Shown one piece after another: positions 19,170 to 31,711 of a stretch of DNA of 64,000 nucleotides. The stretch covers positions 33,870-97,869 of the forward strand of contig CAZHOB010000001.1 of NCBI GenBank assembly GCA_964534465.1, in the 5' to 3' direction. Made by a program: the position numbers and the translations under genes. Position 1 is the stretch's first letter. Each line of letters starts with the position of its first letter. The notes under the pieces are model-generated. The model did not search any database and was not told where the DNA came from. It saw only the letters and a program-made list of their open reading frames with translations. The DNA is from an uncultured Candidatus Saccharibacteria bacterium. Its GTDB lineage: Bacteria > Patescibacteriota > Minisyncoccia > Phycocordibacterales > UBA2100.

Positions 19170-20417
19170 ATGAACAAAGCCACGGCGTGGGATGTTGCGG
19201 TCATCGGCGGCGGACCGGCTGGGATGATGGCCGCGGGGCGGGCTGCTGAGAAGGGGGCTTCGGTCATACTCTTGGAGAAAAATCCGGCACTCGGCAAAAA
19301 ACTACTCATCACCGGCGGCGGACGCTGCAATGTAGCCAACGCCGAATTTGATACCAGAAAGTTGCTCGCCAAGTACGGCAAAGCAGGCAAATACCTCGCT
19401 TCCCCATTTGCCGAATGGGCCGCCAAAGAGAGCGTTGCTTTTTTTGAGCAGTGCGGCATGCCCACCAAAGTGGAAGCGGAAAATCGCGTCTTCCCCTTGA
19501 GCAACAAGGCGCAGTCGGTGCACGACGTTCTCACCGCTTATCTCAAACAGGGCGCGGTCACTATTCGCACCAAAGCCGCTGTGAAAGGTTTCAATCTTAA
19601 AGACGGTCACATCGAGAGCGTGAAGGTGGGCAATGAAGAAATATTCGCCAAATCATTCGTCCTCGCGACCGGCGGAAAATCACGGCCGGAAACGGGCTCG
19701 ACCGGCGATGCATTTGAATGGCTCGCCGAGCTCGGCCACAAGATATCCACCTCCAACGCTGCGCTCGTACCTATCTCGGTGCACGATGTTTGGGTACAAC
19801 GAGTCGCCGGTGTGAGCCTGACCAATGCGAAAGTTACGCTGTTCCAAAACAACATCAAGCAGGAAAATATCATCGGCAAAATACTTTTCACTCACGAGGG
19901 CCTGAGCGGTCCCGCCATTCTCAACCTCAGTGCAGACATTGGCGAACTATTGGAATATGGCGACACAACGCTTGAGATAGATCTCTTGCCCACTTCCGGC
20001 TACGAGAAGGTCAACGAACAATTGCAATTCATTCTCAAAGAAAATCACGTCAAAAAGGTGAAAAACAGTTTGAAAATAATTATCCCTTCGGCCCTGGTAC
20101 CGATAGTGCTCGAACTCGCCGATATTAACGCCGAAAAATCCTGCAACGCCGTCACGCGCCCCGAGCGCATCCGCCTGATGAAGCTCGTGAAGCATCTGCC
20201 GCTGCGCGTAAAAGGATTGCTCGGCCTCGACAAAGCCGTCGTGACCTCCGGCGGCGTAACTCTCGACGAAGTGGACACTCGCACGATGCGTTCCCGCATC
20301 CACAGCAACCTCTATCTCATAGGCGACGTCCTCGACATCAACCGCCCCTCGGGCGGCTACTCTCTCCAGCTCTGCTGGACCACCGGATACATTGCTGGTA
20401 ACAACATTATCCTGTGA
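19170..20417 (+). CDS. HI0933-like FAD-dependent flavoprotein (BaiN/YhiN family)
   Basis: VAVIGGGPAGMMAA dinucleotide fold followed by LITGGGRCNVAN. Confidence 0.8.
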   Translation: MNKATAWDVAVIGGGPAGMMAAGRAAEKGASVILLEKNPALGKKLLITGGGRCNVANAEFDTRKLLAKYGKAGKYLASPFAEWAAKESVAFFEQCGMPTKVEAENRVFPLSNKAQSVHDVLTAYLKQGAVTIRTKAAVKGFNLKDGHIESVKVGNEEIFAKSFVLATGGKSRPETGSTGDAFEWLAELGHKISTSNAALVPISVHDVWVQRVAGVSLTNAKVTLFQNNIKQENIIGKILFTHEGLSGPAILNLSADIGELLEYGDTTLEIDLLPTSGYEKVNEQLQFILKENHVKKVKNSLKIIIPSALVPIVLELADINAEKSCNAVTRPERIRLMKLVKHLPLRVKGLLGLDKAVVTSGGVTLDEVDTRTMRSRIHSNLYLIGDVLDINRPSGGYSLQLCWTTGYIAGNNIIL

Positions 20418-20420
20418 TTT

Positions 20421-21173
20421 CTAAAACGGTATCGCCTCTTCTAGGTCAGGGTCCTTGGGCGAGAGATAGTGCTCAAGCGAGAATATCCAATCGCCCTCTC
20501 CTTCTGCGTCCTTCTTTTTCTCGCGCAAAAGCCATTCAAGATAGCGCCGGTCTGCGCGCGCGATATCTTCCAAACGTTTGCCGTTGTATTTGCCAAAGCG
20601 CAGGGTCGTAAAGAGCATCGGCCTATTGGAGATCGCCAGCATGTGCGCGAGCGCCGCCTCTTCCGAGCCTGTTTGCTCGATCAGCCTCCCGAGCAAATGC
20701 TCAAAGACGCCTTCGAGCACGAGCACGTCGCCAAAGGCGTCGTGCGCGTTGGCATCGATATCGATGCCGAAAAAATAGCGCAGATACTGCAATTTATATT
20801 GCTCGAACTCCTCGGCGGAGTCGATAGCGCGAGCGACTTTGTATGTGCAGATGACATTGCGCGGCTTCACCCCCTCGCGGGCAAGCATGCCGATATCAAA
20901 CGAGGCGTTGTGCGCGACAGCGACCGTCTCGTGATGCTCAAAGAGATCCTTGATGGCCGGGTATTCTTCGGCGAGAGAAAAGCTCGGCCGGCCCTCGAGC
21001 ATTTTCTCGGTAATGTGATGGATCGACATCGCGATAAGCGATATCGGCAACGGCGGCTTGTAAGTGGCGTTGAGCAAAGGCTCGTCCACACCGCGCTCCT
21101 TGATGGCCAACTGACAAAGCCGGTCCTTGGCCCCATTCCCCGTAGTCTCCGTATCAAAAAATATAATGTTCAC
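20421..21173 (-). CDS. DEDDh 3'-5' exonuclease (DNA polymerase III epsilon-like)
   Basis: Exo I IIFFDTETTG, Exo II VAHNASFDIGML, with a C-terminal extension. Confidence 0.7.
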   Translation of the reverse strand: MNIIFFDTETTGNGAKDRLCQLAIKERGVDEPLLNATYKPPLPISLIAMSIHHITEKMLEGRPSFSLAEEYPAIKDLFEHHETVAVAHNASFDIGMLAREGVKPRNVICTYKVARAIDSAEEFEQYKLQYLRYFFGIDIDANAHDAFGDVLVLEGVFEHLLGRLIEQTGSEEAALAHMLAISNRPMLFTTLRFGKYNGKRLEDIARADRRYLEWLLREKKKDAEGEGDWIFSLEHYLSPKDPDLEEAIPF

Positions 21174-21247
21174 CGTAGTATTCTACCGCAATCTGCCCCG
21201 ATATCTCGCTGTGCCGCGGCAAGTCATGGCTTGCGTAATGTATTTCT

Positions 21248-22708
21248 CTATTTCGCTAAGTCGAGGGTTTCGTCGATTCGGATCTTGGCGACGAATTCGG
21301 GGACGTGGGAGACGAGGATCATGGCGCCTTTGTATTCGTTGAGGGCTTCGGCGATGACGGGAATGTGGCGGAAGTTGATGTGATTGGTGGGCTCGTCGAG
21401 GATGAGCAGCCCCGGCTGCAGCAAAACGAGCCGCGCAAAAGCGACCAGTCCCTTCTGCCCTTCCGAAAGGTGCCCGATCTTGGTGCCGATGAGATCGTCT
21501 CGGATAAGAAATCCGGCAGCTACCACACGCATCTGCTCTTCCATCGGCTTGTCCATGGCGGCGAAGAGTTCCTCACGGACGGTGCGCTCAAAATCGAGAT
21601 TGGAAAAGTCCTGCCGGTAGTAGCCCACCTTGACGCCAGGCGTGATGGTCGCGCCTTCGGCGGTGCCCGAAGCGAGCGCTTCGAGGAGAGTGGATTTGCC
21701 GATGCCGTTGGGACCTTTGAGTAAGAGGTGCTGATTTTTGCGCAGCGAAATGGTTTTTTTCTTCATTACGACCTTGTGTTCGCGGATGGTTTTGTACGAG
21801 GTGATATGCAGCATTTCGCCGGTGAGATTTTCGGGGCACGGAATGGTGAACTTTTTTATCGTCTTGTCTTCGCGGCGCACGTCCACCATCGCCTCTTCGG
21901 CTTCTTCGGCCTTCGCGCGCATGCGCTTGGCGACGAGGCGCAGCTGACCGCCTTTCATCGCGAAGAAGTTGGCCTTCTCCTTATTTGCGATAGCCGTTTT
22001 CTTGAGTTGCGCGTTGGCCATGTTCTCTTTCTCGATACGCGCGCTTATCTGCTTCACCACATCAAAATAATTGCCCGCGTACTGCTCCACTTTGTGCGTA
22101 TGCACATCGAGATAGAGCACGCCCTGCGTGAAAGCATTGAGAAAGTCCGCGTCGTGAGAAATGACGATGCATGTCTTGGAATAGTCGATAAGGAATTGCG
22201 TAAGATGCGCGATGCCCTCTTTGTCGAGATTGTTGGTCGGCTCGTCCAAGAGAAGAAGGTCGGGGTCTTGGATGAGCGCCGAGGCGAGCAGGAGCCGCGC
22301 CTGCTGTCCGCCGGAAAAAGATTTCACAATGCGTTCGTGAAATTTGGCATGACCCTTGAGATTGACTATCTCGAGCACTTCATCGATGCGCGGGTCGATG
22401 TCATACATTTTTTTGTCAAAACACTTTTGGAAAAATTCGCGCACCGTGAGATGCATTTCGTCGCGCGGGATGACCTGCCGTGCGATGGCGATAGAGAGGC
22501 TATTTTCGATATGAATGTCGCCCTGGTCCGGCTCGAGCTTGCCGGTAATAAGTGCGAATATCGTGCTCTTACCGGCGCCATTTTGGCCCATGAGCGTGTA
22601 CTTCACGTTGCGTCGCACGGGAAAAGACACCTCATCGAGGATGGGCTTGTTGGGGCCGTGCTCGTACGAGACGTCCTCGAATTTTACTATTGCATCCTCG
22701 CGAGCCAT
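21248..22708 (-). CDS. ABC-F family ATPase (two ABC domains; translation-factor type)
   Basis: Two Walker A/signature/Walker B sets and no TMD. Start placed at MAREDAIVKF. Confidence 0.85.
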   Translation of the reverse strand: MAREDAIVKFEDVSYEHGPNKPILDEVSFPVRRNVKYTLMGQNGAGKSTIFALITGKLEPDQGDIHIENSLSIAIARQVIPRDEMHLTVREFFQKCFDKKMYDIDPRIDEVLEIVNLKGHAKFHERIVKSFSGGQQARLLLASALIQDPDLLLLDEPTNNLDKEGIAHLTQFLIDYSKTCIVISHDADFLNAFTQGVLYLDVHTHKVEQYAGNYFDVVKQISARIEKENMANAQLKKTAIANKEKANFFAMKGGQLRLVAKRMRAKAEEAEEAMVDVRREDKTIKKFTIPCPENLTGEMLHITSYKTIREHKVVMKKKTISLRKNQHLLLKGPNGIGKSTLLEALASGTAEGATITPGVKVGYYRQDFSNLDFERTVREELFAAMDKPMEEQMRVVAAGFLIRDDLIGTKIGHLSEGQKGLVAFARLVLLQPGLLILDEPTNHINFRHIPVIAEALNEYKGAMILVSHVPEFVAKIRIDETLDLAK

Positions 22709-22756
22709 GAAGAGGCAGTATATAGGGATGCGGGAGAAATGCACCGTCTCGCAAAA

Positions 22757-23347
22757 CTAAATGCCGCGGCGGCCGAGGTCGCGGGCTTTGTTGCACCATG
22801 CGGTGCATTGGGCTTCAGGGACGTTCTCGGCGGGACCGAGCCATGTAGAGCGCACAGAGAAGCCGGCAAACCAGAGTATCCCCCATTTGAGCTGCGCATT
22901 CACATTGCCCGGAAGCAGGCGTACGAGCCACGGCGGCGTGCCGCTTGTGAGCATGGTGCGGGCAGTCTTCCCGCGGTAGAGGCGATGCCAGAACATCGAA
23001 CGCTTGCCATTGGGCATTTTCATGTAGCGGAATGCTGAGCCCGGAAGCCATGCGCGGTCGAAGAGGCCCTTGAGAATGGCAGGCATGCCCACCCACCATA
23101 CCGGATAAATAATGACGATGTGATCGCACCACCCGACGAGTTCCTGGAATTTCTTGAGGTCGGACTCCATTTCTTGAATGGCGCGATAGCCGAGGTGCAA
23201 AATGGGATCGAATTGCATCTCGCCGATGTTGAGGCGCTGCACTTCGTGCCCACCCTCGCGCGCGCCTGCCTCATACGCGTCGGCAAGATTGCCGCACATA
23301 CCGCGCTTGTCTGAATGACCTAATAGTATGAAAATTTTCTTTGTCAC
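22757..23347 (-). CDS. Flavodoxin-like NAD(P)H-dependent oxidoreductase (Flavodoxin_2 / MdaB-KefF family)
   Basis: KKIFILLGHSDKRG ... IVIIYPVWWVGMPAILKGLFDR. Confidence 0.7.
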   Translation of the reverse strand: MTKKIFILLGHSDKRGMCGNLADAYEAGAREGGHEVQRLNIGEMQFDPILHLGYRAIQEMESDLKKFQELVGWCDHIVIIYPVWWVGMPAILKGLFDRAWLPGSAFRYMKMPNGKRSMFWHRLYRGKTARTMLTSGTPPWLVRLLPGNVNAQLKWGILWFAGFSVRSTWLGPAENVPEAQCTAWCNKARDLGRRGI

Positions 23348-23349
23348 GG

Positions 23350-23922
23350 TTATTCTTCCCCCATCATTGGCTCGCGTTTGTTCTCATCGATATCTATTTC
23401 GTCGTCTTCGTATGGCAGGTTTTTGTCGCTCATCGTCATCGGCTCCTGCTTGTCGAGCACGGTCGCCGAGCCATCACTCTCTATATTTTCCTCTTGGATG
23501 ACTTCCCGCTCGATCTCTTCGTCGGGTCTGCCGACGTCATGTAAAATCATAGCACGCAAAGTTTTCATGCTGAAATAAAACGCGAAAAGGAAAAGTAATG
23601 CGATAGCGACGCGCAACACGAATGTGGTCATCGAGCTCGCCGGATAACCGAAAAGTCCCCAGAGACCGTAGATGGCGGCCAGAGCACCCGTGATCGCGGA
23701 ATTGATCACGAAAATAGAGCGCCTACGCGGATTGGTGATAGCGGCAAGACCCACGACAATGATCGCACCAAAGACGATGAACGGTATTTGGGCGGAATAC
23801 GAGTTGACATACATGGGCGAGGCGATGAGCATGAGGGCGACACCCGCAAGCATCAGCTGACGCACATAATCGCCGTGGTAATGAGGTATTTTCTCAATTA
23901 CTGTATCTGTAAGCGGTGGCAT
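23350..23922 (-). CDS. Hypothetical 4-TM membrane protein with an acidic C-terminal tail
   Basis: Hydrophobic helices followed by a D/E-rich tail. Confidence 0.4.
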   Translation of the reverse strand: MPPLTDTVIEKIPHYHGDYVRQLMLAGVALMLIASPMYVNSYSAQIPFIVFGAIIVVGLAAITNPRRRSIFVINSAITGALAAIYGLWGLFGYPASSMTTFVLRVAIALLFLFAFYFSMKTLRAMILHDVGRPDEEIEREVIQEENIESDGSATVLDKQEPMTMSDKNLPYEDDEIDIDENKREPMMGEE

Positions 23923-23957
23923 AGATAAATAGTGGCACGACCGAGCGGAATTTCAAA

Positions 23958-24281
23958 TTAGGCGTGGTTGACCGAGGCACTGCGTGCGAGCGCGATAATG
24001 GCTTCGGGACTGTCTTTTTCTGACACGTCCACGCGTCGCACTTCTCCGCAACGGATGCACGAATGAACGATGCGGTAGTGAGGCGTCGTACCCTCCACGT
24101 TAATGGGCCTCATCATACCGGAACACGCCTCCGCTCTGTCGCCCGGATGCACATCTACGTGCTTGCTCCAAAGGCACACGGGGCAGTGATTGGTGTAGCC
24201 GGTGCCCACTACCTTCGCGCCACAGTGCTCACAGTCGAAATCCTCGACTTTTTTTTGGAATTTTTTGGACGGCATGATCAC
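23958..24281 (-). CDS. RNHCP-domain zinc-ribbon protein
   Basis: YTNHCPVCLWSKH motif plus additional Cys pairs. Confidence 0.55.
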   Translation of the reverse strand: MIMPSKKFQKKVEDFDCEHCGAKVVGTGYTNHCPVCLWSKHVDVHPGDRAEACSGMMRPINVEGTTPHYRIVHSCIRCGEVRRVDVSEKDSPEAIIALARSASVNHA

Positions 24282-25720
24282 TGGAGCGACAGCGTCGTCG
24301 TTTGCGTTACTGTATCACCTTTCAGCGACTTGCACTGAAGCGTGAACATGAGCGAGCTAGATGCGGCACCGGTCGTGGGCACGAGCTGCGTCCCTTCGTT
24401 AGCTTGCGCTATGAGCTGTGATGTGTCGATGAACAACCGGCATTTGTCGTCGTTCTTCATGCCGACGCTCGTCCATGAGACGAGCACTGAATCGCCGCGA
24501 CGTATGGCTATGGGCTGCGTGATGATGGTCGCCGCCGAGAGTGACGTGGACGGCGCGACGTAGCCGGTGTTGACGCTTTGAGTCGGGCCAATCGTACTGT
24601 AATTCCCACTGCTACCCGCATACGTCTGCAATTGTTCCAGTGCGGAGGTGTAGGAGATGGGCGATGTATTCGCGCTCGTCGGGCTCGTCTGCTGCCCGTA
24701 TGCGGCCATCTGCTGATTGAATGCTGCCGAGTAATCGGTAGGTGTATAAGAATATCCCGTCGATGTTTGACCGATAGAACTTGGATTAAATGACATACCA
24801 TACGGACTTCCTACCGAGGTCGGAGAACCGATGGAATATGGAGATGTCGAGGGAGGGGTAATGCCGCCAAATGGCGACATACCAAATGAACTCATGGGTT
24901 GCTGCGGCGGAAGATAGGCGCCTCCCATGAGACTCGTCGGAGGATACGACCAACTACTGGGATACGCCTGAACGGCATTCGCACTATAGCTTCCGGTCAT
25001 GCTCTCGTTGAGCAGCTGACCTACATTGGAGGGAGCGGGCACTCGAGCACCTCCACCCGCCATAGCTAAGCCCTGCTTTAGTTCGTTTGGATCATACGGA
25101 AGCGAACCCGCTTCGTAGCAGGACATTGCAAGGGCAAGACGTCCCATGAGGTCGACGTCATTGGGATCGAAAACCTCATTGACGGGGATGCCCGCCGCCC
25201 TAGAAACGAAATCGGCATACGCGGGCACGTCGCCTGAGATGCCCGTCCATTGCTGCACGACACTTCCTATAGTGCAGCGACCACGCTCTCCGCAGTACCG
25301 TCTCAAAAGTTCGATGTGCGCGGCAAATCCATAGGAAACGGCTGGGAATATGGCGGTGTTGTTGTTGGGATGACAGCCGATGGAATTCCACCGGCTCGCG
25401 GTGGGTCCGCAGACTTGCGCGCCCGTATTGCGCGTACGACAAGACAAAGTGCATGTATCCCTACTGCACGGGGACATGCTTTTTATCTTTGCGTACCATT
25501 GATCGAAATCCTGTCCGATGCCGAGTATGGCGGTGTCTTTTGGACATGTCTCAAAAGCGACGGGAATGCCGCGATCAGTCAACTGTTTCGCTTCATCCGC
25601 GGTCGTGTAATGACAACCCGGACCAAGAGGCATATCGGAGGGTGGTAAGTCGGCCATAACAGCAAGGGGTATGGCAGCTGCAATGATGCAGCTCGCCAAT
25701 AATGCTACGCGCGAACTCAT
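24278..25720 (-). CDS. Secreted Cys-rich protein with a long S/Y/G/P/T-rich low-complexity linker and a C-terminal beta domain
   Basis: Signal peptide MSSRVALLASCIIAAAIPLAVMA, Cys-rich N-domain, then roughly 200 aa of low complexity. Start trimmed to avoid overlapping atpC. Confidence 0.55.
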   Translation of the reverse strand: MSSRVALLASCIIAAAIPLAVMADLPPSDMPLGPGCHYTTADEAKQLTDRGIPVAFETCPKDTAILGIGQDFDQWYAKIKSMSPCSRDTCTLSCRTRNTGAQVCGPTASRWNSIGCHPNNNTAIFPAVSYGFAAHIELLRRYCGERGRCTIGSVVQQWTGISGDVPAYADFVSRAAGIPVNEVFDPNDVDLMGRLALAMSCYEAGSLPYDPNELKQGLAMAGGGARVPAPSNVGQLLNESMTGSYSANAVQAYPSSWSYPPTSLMGGAYLPPQQPMSSFGMSPFGGITPPSTSPYSIGSPTSVGSPYGMSFNPSSIGQTSTGYSYTPTDYSAAFNQQMAAYGQQTSPTSANTSPISYTSALEQLQTYAGSSGNYSTIGPTQSVNTGYVAPSTSLSAATIITQPIAIRRGDSVLVSWTSVGMKNDDKCRLFIDTSQLIAQANEGTQLVPTTGAASSSLMFTLQCKSLKGDTVTQTTTLSLQ

Positions 25721-25772
25721 TGCCCTATTATAATGGGAAAAATCGAAGGAGCGGGAAGAAATGTTGAAAAGA

Positions 25773-26021
25773 CTAGAGCAACACGACGGCGCGGTTGTTG
25801 GAGCATTCAACGACGCCGCTGTCGACTTCGAATTGCTCGGGTTCTTTGCCTTCGGTGCGCACGGTGATGTGGCCATGCTTTAGCGTGGTAACTATAGGTT
25901 CGTGATGAGCGAGGACGGTGAACTCGCCGGCCTCTCCGGGGAGAGTCGCGGAAACGACAGGGCCGTCGAATCGCGTTTCCCCTACTGAAGCGATGACCAA
26001 ATGGAAGGTCGGGTGCGCCAT
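25773..26021 (-). CDS. atpC: F1 ATP synthase epsilon subunit (N-terminal beta-sandwich only)
   Basis: FHLVIASVGETRFDGPVVSATLPGEAGEFTVLAHHEPIVTTLKHGHITV. Confidence 0.75.
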   Translation of the reverse strand: MAHPTFHLVIASVGETRFDGPVVSATLPGEAGEFTVLAHHEPIVTTLKHGHITVRTEGKEPEQFEVDSGVVECSNNRAVVLL

Positions 26022-26023
26022 AG

Positions 26024-28018
<1,995 letters not shown>

Positions 28019-28022
<4 letters not shown>

Positions 28023-28363
28023 TCAGCGAAAAGCGGTGGATGGCGCAAATTAAGGTCCAACTTCTTGAGGAACGCACTGATAATGCTGTGTTTTTGCTCT
28101 TCAGAGATCTTAAGTTTCTTTACGGCAAGCGAGGCAGCTTCTCGAGCGCTATGCAGCAATTCTTGGCGTTCTGCCGTCTGATCTCCGGAAATACTGTTCT
28201 CGATCGCATCGCGCACTTCATTGCGTTGTTCGATGCTTACATAATTGGTCTCGAGCGCGCTACGCATCGCGCCCTTGACGACAAAAAGCACCTTGCCGAC
28301 TTCTGCGGCACGGTTTTTTTCTACACTGAACATCTTGTTGATGTCGGGTTTCTCCATCGACAT
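28019..28363 (-). CDS. Hypothetical protein embedded in the atp operon
   Basis: 114 aa helical protein, 4-nt overlaps with both neighbours. Confidence 0.4.
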
Positions 28364-28364
28364 A

Positions 28365-29282
28365 TTATTTCATGGCCTCGATGCCGGATGTGATCTCGGA
28401 GACTTCTCGGGTGATGACAGCTTGGCGTACTTTGTTGAACACGCGGGTAAGTGAGTGCGCCATGTCGCGCGCTTTGTCGGTCGCGCTTTTCATCGCGACC
28501 ATGCGTGCGGAGTGCTCGGATGCTTTGCCCTCGAGCACGGCGTGGAAGATCGCCATATTGAGAAGGCGTGGCAAAAGCACTGCAAGCACGCTATCGGTGT
28601 CAGGCTCGACTGTGTATGCAGCAGGCGCATGTCCATTTTCATCTTTGCGCGGGGCGTAGCGGCCGCGCGCAGGGCGGATGCCGTCGACCATTTCTTTCAT
28701 CATTGCGGGAGTGATAGGGATTATCTGACGCACGGTCGGCTGCTGCTCGAAGGTGGATATGAAATTTTGGTAGAACACGAGACACGCACCTACTTCCCCT
28801 TTTTTGTGCCACTCTACGACCTTGTCGGTAACTTTGCGCAACTCTTGCTCGAGCACGGCGTCGCCCATGTTTTCGTGGCGCTCACGCACATCGTATCCGC
28901 GATTGGCGAAGAAATCCCCGCCACGACGGCCGATTGTGATCATGATGATGTCTTTTTGATGCAATGCGCGCACTGTGATCTCGTGTTCGACGCGACGAAT
29001 GACGCCCGAATTGAGCGCGCCCGCGAGGCCCTTGTCACTCGTAACGACGATAATGCATGTCTTGCCGCTACCTTCTTGCATAAGCGGGTGGCGGGAAATA
29101 TCGGCAGTACCGGCGAGGCGCTCGAGCGTCGAGAGACCTGCTGCCGCGTACGCGCGGCCCGCGAGCGCACGCTCCTGCGCCTTGCGCATCTTCACGGCAG
29201 AGACGGCCTCCATGGCATGTGTCACGGTGCCGGTCTTTTTGTATGAAAGAATTTTGTGCTTTATGTTCTTGAGGCTGGCCAT
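28365..29282 (-). CDS. atpG: F1 ATP synthase gamma subunit
   Basis: MASLKNIKHKILSYKKTGTVTHAMEAVSAVKMRKAQ... gamma signature. Confidence 0.85.
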   Translation of the reverse strand: MASLKNIKHKILSYKKTGTVTHAMEAVSAVKMRKAQERALAGRAYAAAGLSTLERLAGTADISRHPLMQEGSGKTCIIVVTSDKGLAGALNSGVIRRVEHEITVRALHQKDIIMITIGRRGGDFFANRGYDVRERHENMGDAVLEQELRKVTDKVVEWHKKGEVGACLVFYQNFISTFEQQPTVRQIIPITPAMMKEMVDGIRPARGRYAPRKDENGHAPAAYTVEPDTDSVLAVLLPRLLNMAIFHAVLEGKASEHSARMVAMKSATDKARDMAHSLTRVFNKVRQAVITREVSEITSGIEAMK

Positions 29283-29315
29283 AGGAATACCACGAAGGTT
29301 AATTCAAATGCTTTT

Positions 29316-29645
29316 TCATTTCCTGCTCGAGTTCGGATGTTGCTGCTGCGACTGATCCAGCTCGGCGGCCTGTTTGTTCAACGCCTGTTCGAGCTCCAAC
29401 ATTTCGTCTTCCAAGTCTTCGATGCGTTCCGAGAGCAGAAGTCCCGCTGCGCTTTTGCGATCCACCTCTTTATACTCCTTGGTGAGCTTTTCGTATTCCG
29501 CTATCAAAGTCTGTAGATGCTCCGCCATACCTGCATACGCCTCATTGTTGCCGCGCAGGACATTGCCTGCGGCTTCTTTTTGCGCGTAGACTTCTTCCGC
29601 CTTGGTGTGCACGTGTTCCTGTCGCCTCTCGAGACCACCTTCCAT
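29316..29645 (-). CDS. Hypothetical coiled-coil protein between atpA and atpG
   Basis: 109 aa starting at MEGGLERRQEHVH directly after the atpA stop; E/K-rich heptads. Confidence 0.35.
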   Translation of the reverse strand: MEGGLERRQEHVHTKAEEVYAQKEAAGNVLRGNNEAYAGMAEHLQTLIAEYEKLTKEYKEVDRKSAAGLLLSERIEDLEDEMLELEQALNKQAAELDQSQQQHPNSSRK

Positions 29646-29646
29646 A

Positions 29647-31218
29647 TTATTTTGCCGTTGCGAACAATTCGCTATGGGCCAAGCGGAATTCTTCGAGCTT
29701 GCGATCGAGCTTCGCCTTAAGGTCGTCGGAAAGCACACCGGAAAACTTGATGTCTTTGAGAATATCGGCAGCTTGACCGTCGAGGAAGGCGGCGAGCTTA
29801 GCTTCCGCCGCAGTCACTTTGTTGACCGGCACATCTGCGAAAAGCTGTTTGCCGGCGGCATAGAGTACCGCGACCTGCATTTCCATCGGTATCGGTGCGC
29901 CGTTCTTTTGCTTCAGTACCTCCACCATGCGCTGACCCGATGCGATGCGATCGGCGGTAGCTTTGTCGAGGTCTTGAGCGAATTGCATAAAGGCTTCGAG
30001 CTCACGGAACTGCGCGAGCTCGAGCTTGAGACCGCCCGCCACGGATTTCATCGCCTTGGTCTGCGCACTGGAGCCGACGCGCGAGACGGAGATACCTACA
30101 TCAATCGCGGGACGGATGCCTTTGTTGAAAAGCTCCGAAATGAGGAATATCTGACCGTCGGTGATGGAGATGACATTTGTCGGAATGTAGCCGGAGACAT
30201 CACCGTCCTGCGTTTCGATGATGGGAAGCGCCGTGATGGAGCCGCCACCTTTTTCTTTGCTCAGACAGGCGGCGCGCTCGAGCAAACGAGAGTGGAGATA
30301 GAAAATGTCACCGGGATACGCTTCGCGGCCCGGCGGACGGCGCAGGAGCAGAGAGAGCTCACGGTATGCGACGGCTTGCTTGGAGAGGTCGTCGTAGATG
30401 ATGAGCACATCGCGGCCGCGGTCCATGAAATATTCGCCCATGGCCACACCGGCAAACGGCGCGAGGTATTGGAGCGCGGCAGGCGCAGAGGCCGGAGCGT
30501 CGACAATGATGGTGTACTCGAGGGCACGTTCCGCGCGAAGCTGTGCGACGATGCGTGCGGTCTTACTTTCCTTCTGGCCGATAGCTACGTAGATGCAGAT
30601 AGGGCGCTTTTCGGCTGGCTCATGACGCTGGTTGATTATCGTATCGATAGCGACGGTGGTCTTGCCGGTGCCGCGATCGCCGATGATGAGCTCGCGCTGA
30701 CCGCGGCCAATAGGGATCATGGCGTCGATAGCTTTGATACCCGTAGCCATCGGCACGGAGACCGATCTGCGGGCAATAACGCCATACGCTTCGCGCTCGA
30801 GCGGCATCATCGTCACGTCTTTGAACGGTCCTTTGCCGTCTATCGGCGCACCGAGCGTATTGACCACGCGGCCGAGCAACTCTTCGCCCGAGGGCACCGA
30901 GAGGATTTTGCCGGTCGATCTGACCGTCATACCTTCGGCTACACGGGCTGTGTCGCCCAAAATAGTAGCGCGCACGCCGTCCTCTTCGAGATTCAAAATA
31001 AGACCGTAGATCTCGTCCTGTACTTCCATCGCGTGTGACAATTTCTTGCCCTTAGTCTCCTCAAAGACGATGATCTCGCTCATCACGGCTTTGGAGAGGC
31101 CGTCGATAGAGACGACACCATCGCCGACGGCAGTAACGCGCCCGACGTGTTCACCTTCGGCTTTCGGCGTGTACTGTTCGATCTCTTTGATTATTTTCTC
31201 AACGATGGTGTTGTCCAT
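29647..31218 (-). CDS. atpA: F1 ATP synthase alpha subunit
   Basis: [19 protein letters not shown]-loop; full-length alpha. Confidence 0.9.
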   Translation of the reverse strand: MDNTIVEKIIKEIEQYTPKAEGEHVGRVTAVGDGVVSIDGLSKAVMSEIIVFEETKGKKLSHAMEVQDEIYGLILNLEEDGVRATILGDTARVAEGMTVRSTGKILSVPSGEELLGRVVNTLGAPIDGKGPFKDVTMMPLEREAYGVIARRSVSVPMATGIKAIDAMIPIGRGQRELIIGDRGTGKTTVAIDTIINQRHEPAEKRPICIYVAIGQKESKTARIVAQLRAERALEYTIIVDAPASAPAALQYLAPFAGVAMGEYFMDRGRDVLIIYDDLSKQAVAYRELSLLLRRPPGREAYPGDIFYLHSRLLERAACLSKEKGGGSITALPIIETQDGDVSGYIPTNVISITDGQIFLISELFNKGIRPAIDVGISVSRVGSSAQTKAMKSVAGGLKLELAQFRELEAFMQFAQDLDKATADRIASGQRMVEVLKQKNGAPIPMEMQVAVLYAAGKQLFADVPVNKVTAAEAKLAAFLDGQAADILKDIKFSGVLSDDLKAKLDRKLEEFRLAHSELFATAK

Positions 31219-31271
31219 AAAATATTACTCTTTGGTTGACCGATTATATATTGAAAGCAGGTGTTTCCGAT

Positions 31272-31318
31272 AGTCCCGACGCCTACTGGGTCGGGATCCC
31301 GACCGAAGCGTCGGGACT
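31272..31318. repeat. Compound palindromic element, copy B (overlaps the atpH 3' end)
   Basis: AGTCCCGACGC-CTACTG-GGTCGGGATCCCGACC-GAA-GCGTCGGGACT. Shares the CGACGC / GGTCGGGA / CCCGACC / GCGTCG blocks with 36378-36416. Confidence 0.8.
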
Positions 31319-31708
31319 CTCATCAGTTACGTTTTTATAAAGTCTGAGGAGGTGCCGAACGTATGTATTGTCAACCAGGTATTCCCCACCCTCCAAACGC
31401 CATCCGCCGATAAGATTTTCGTCGATATGCACTTCGAGATTCTTCACATCGAGCTTGAGCTGCTCCATCACCTTTTTGGCTTCGGCCTTGGCGTGATGCT
31501 CGTCAGAATGACGGGCGATGCTGAGGGTCATCTTCGTGCGCAAGAGCTCGCGCTGCGCGAGGCGCTCAAACGCCTTGGAGATGCGTGGTAGAAGAATTTC
31601 CCTGCCGTGTTTCTTGAGCAGAGTCCGCAAACCATCCACGGCCTCATGGGCCGTCTTTCCCTTCTCGGAAACCATTCTCCAGAGTGCTTGTGCGTAAATG
31701 TTCTCCAT
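31283..31708 (-). CDS. atpH: F1 ATP synthase delta (OSCP) subunit, short form
   Basis: IGGWRLEGGEYLVDNTYVRHL C-terminal delta signature. The last ~13 codons (DESPDASVGIPTQ) are encoded by the palindromic element. Confidence 0.7.
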   Translation of the reverse strand: MENIYAQALWRMVSEKGKTAHEAVDGLRTLLKKHGREILLPRISKAFERLAQRELLRTKMTLSIARHSDEHHAKAEAKKVMEQLKLDVKNLEVHIDENLIGGWRLEGGEYLVDNTYVRHLLRLYKNVTDESPDASVGIPTQ

Positions 31709-31711
31709 AAT

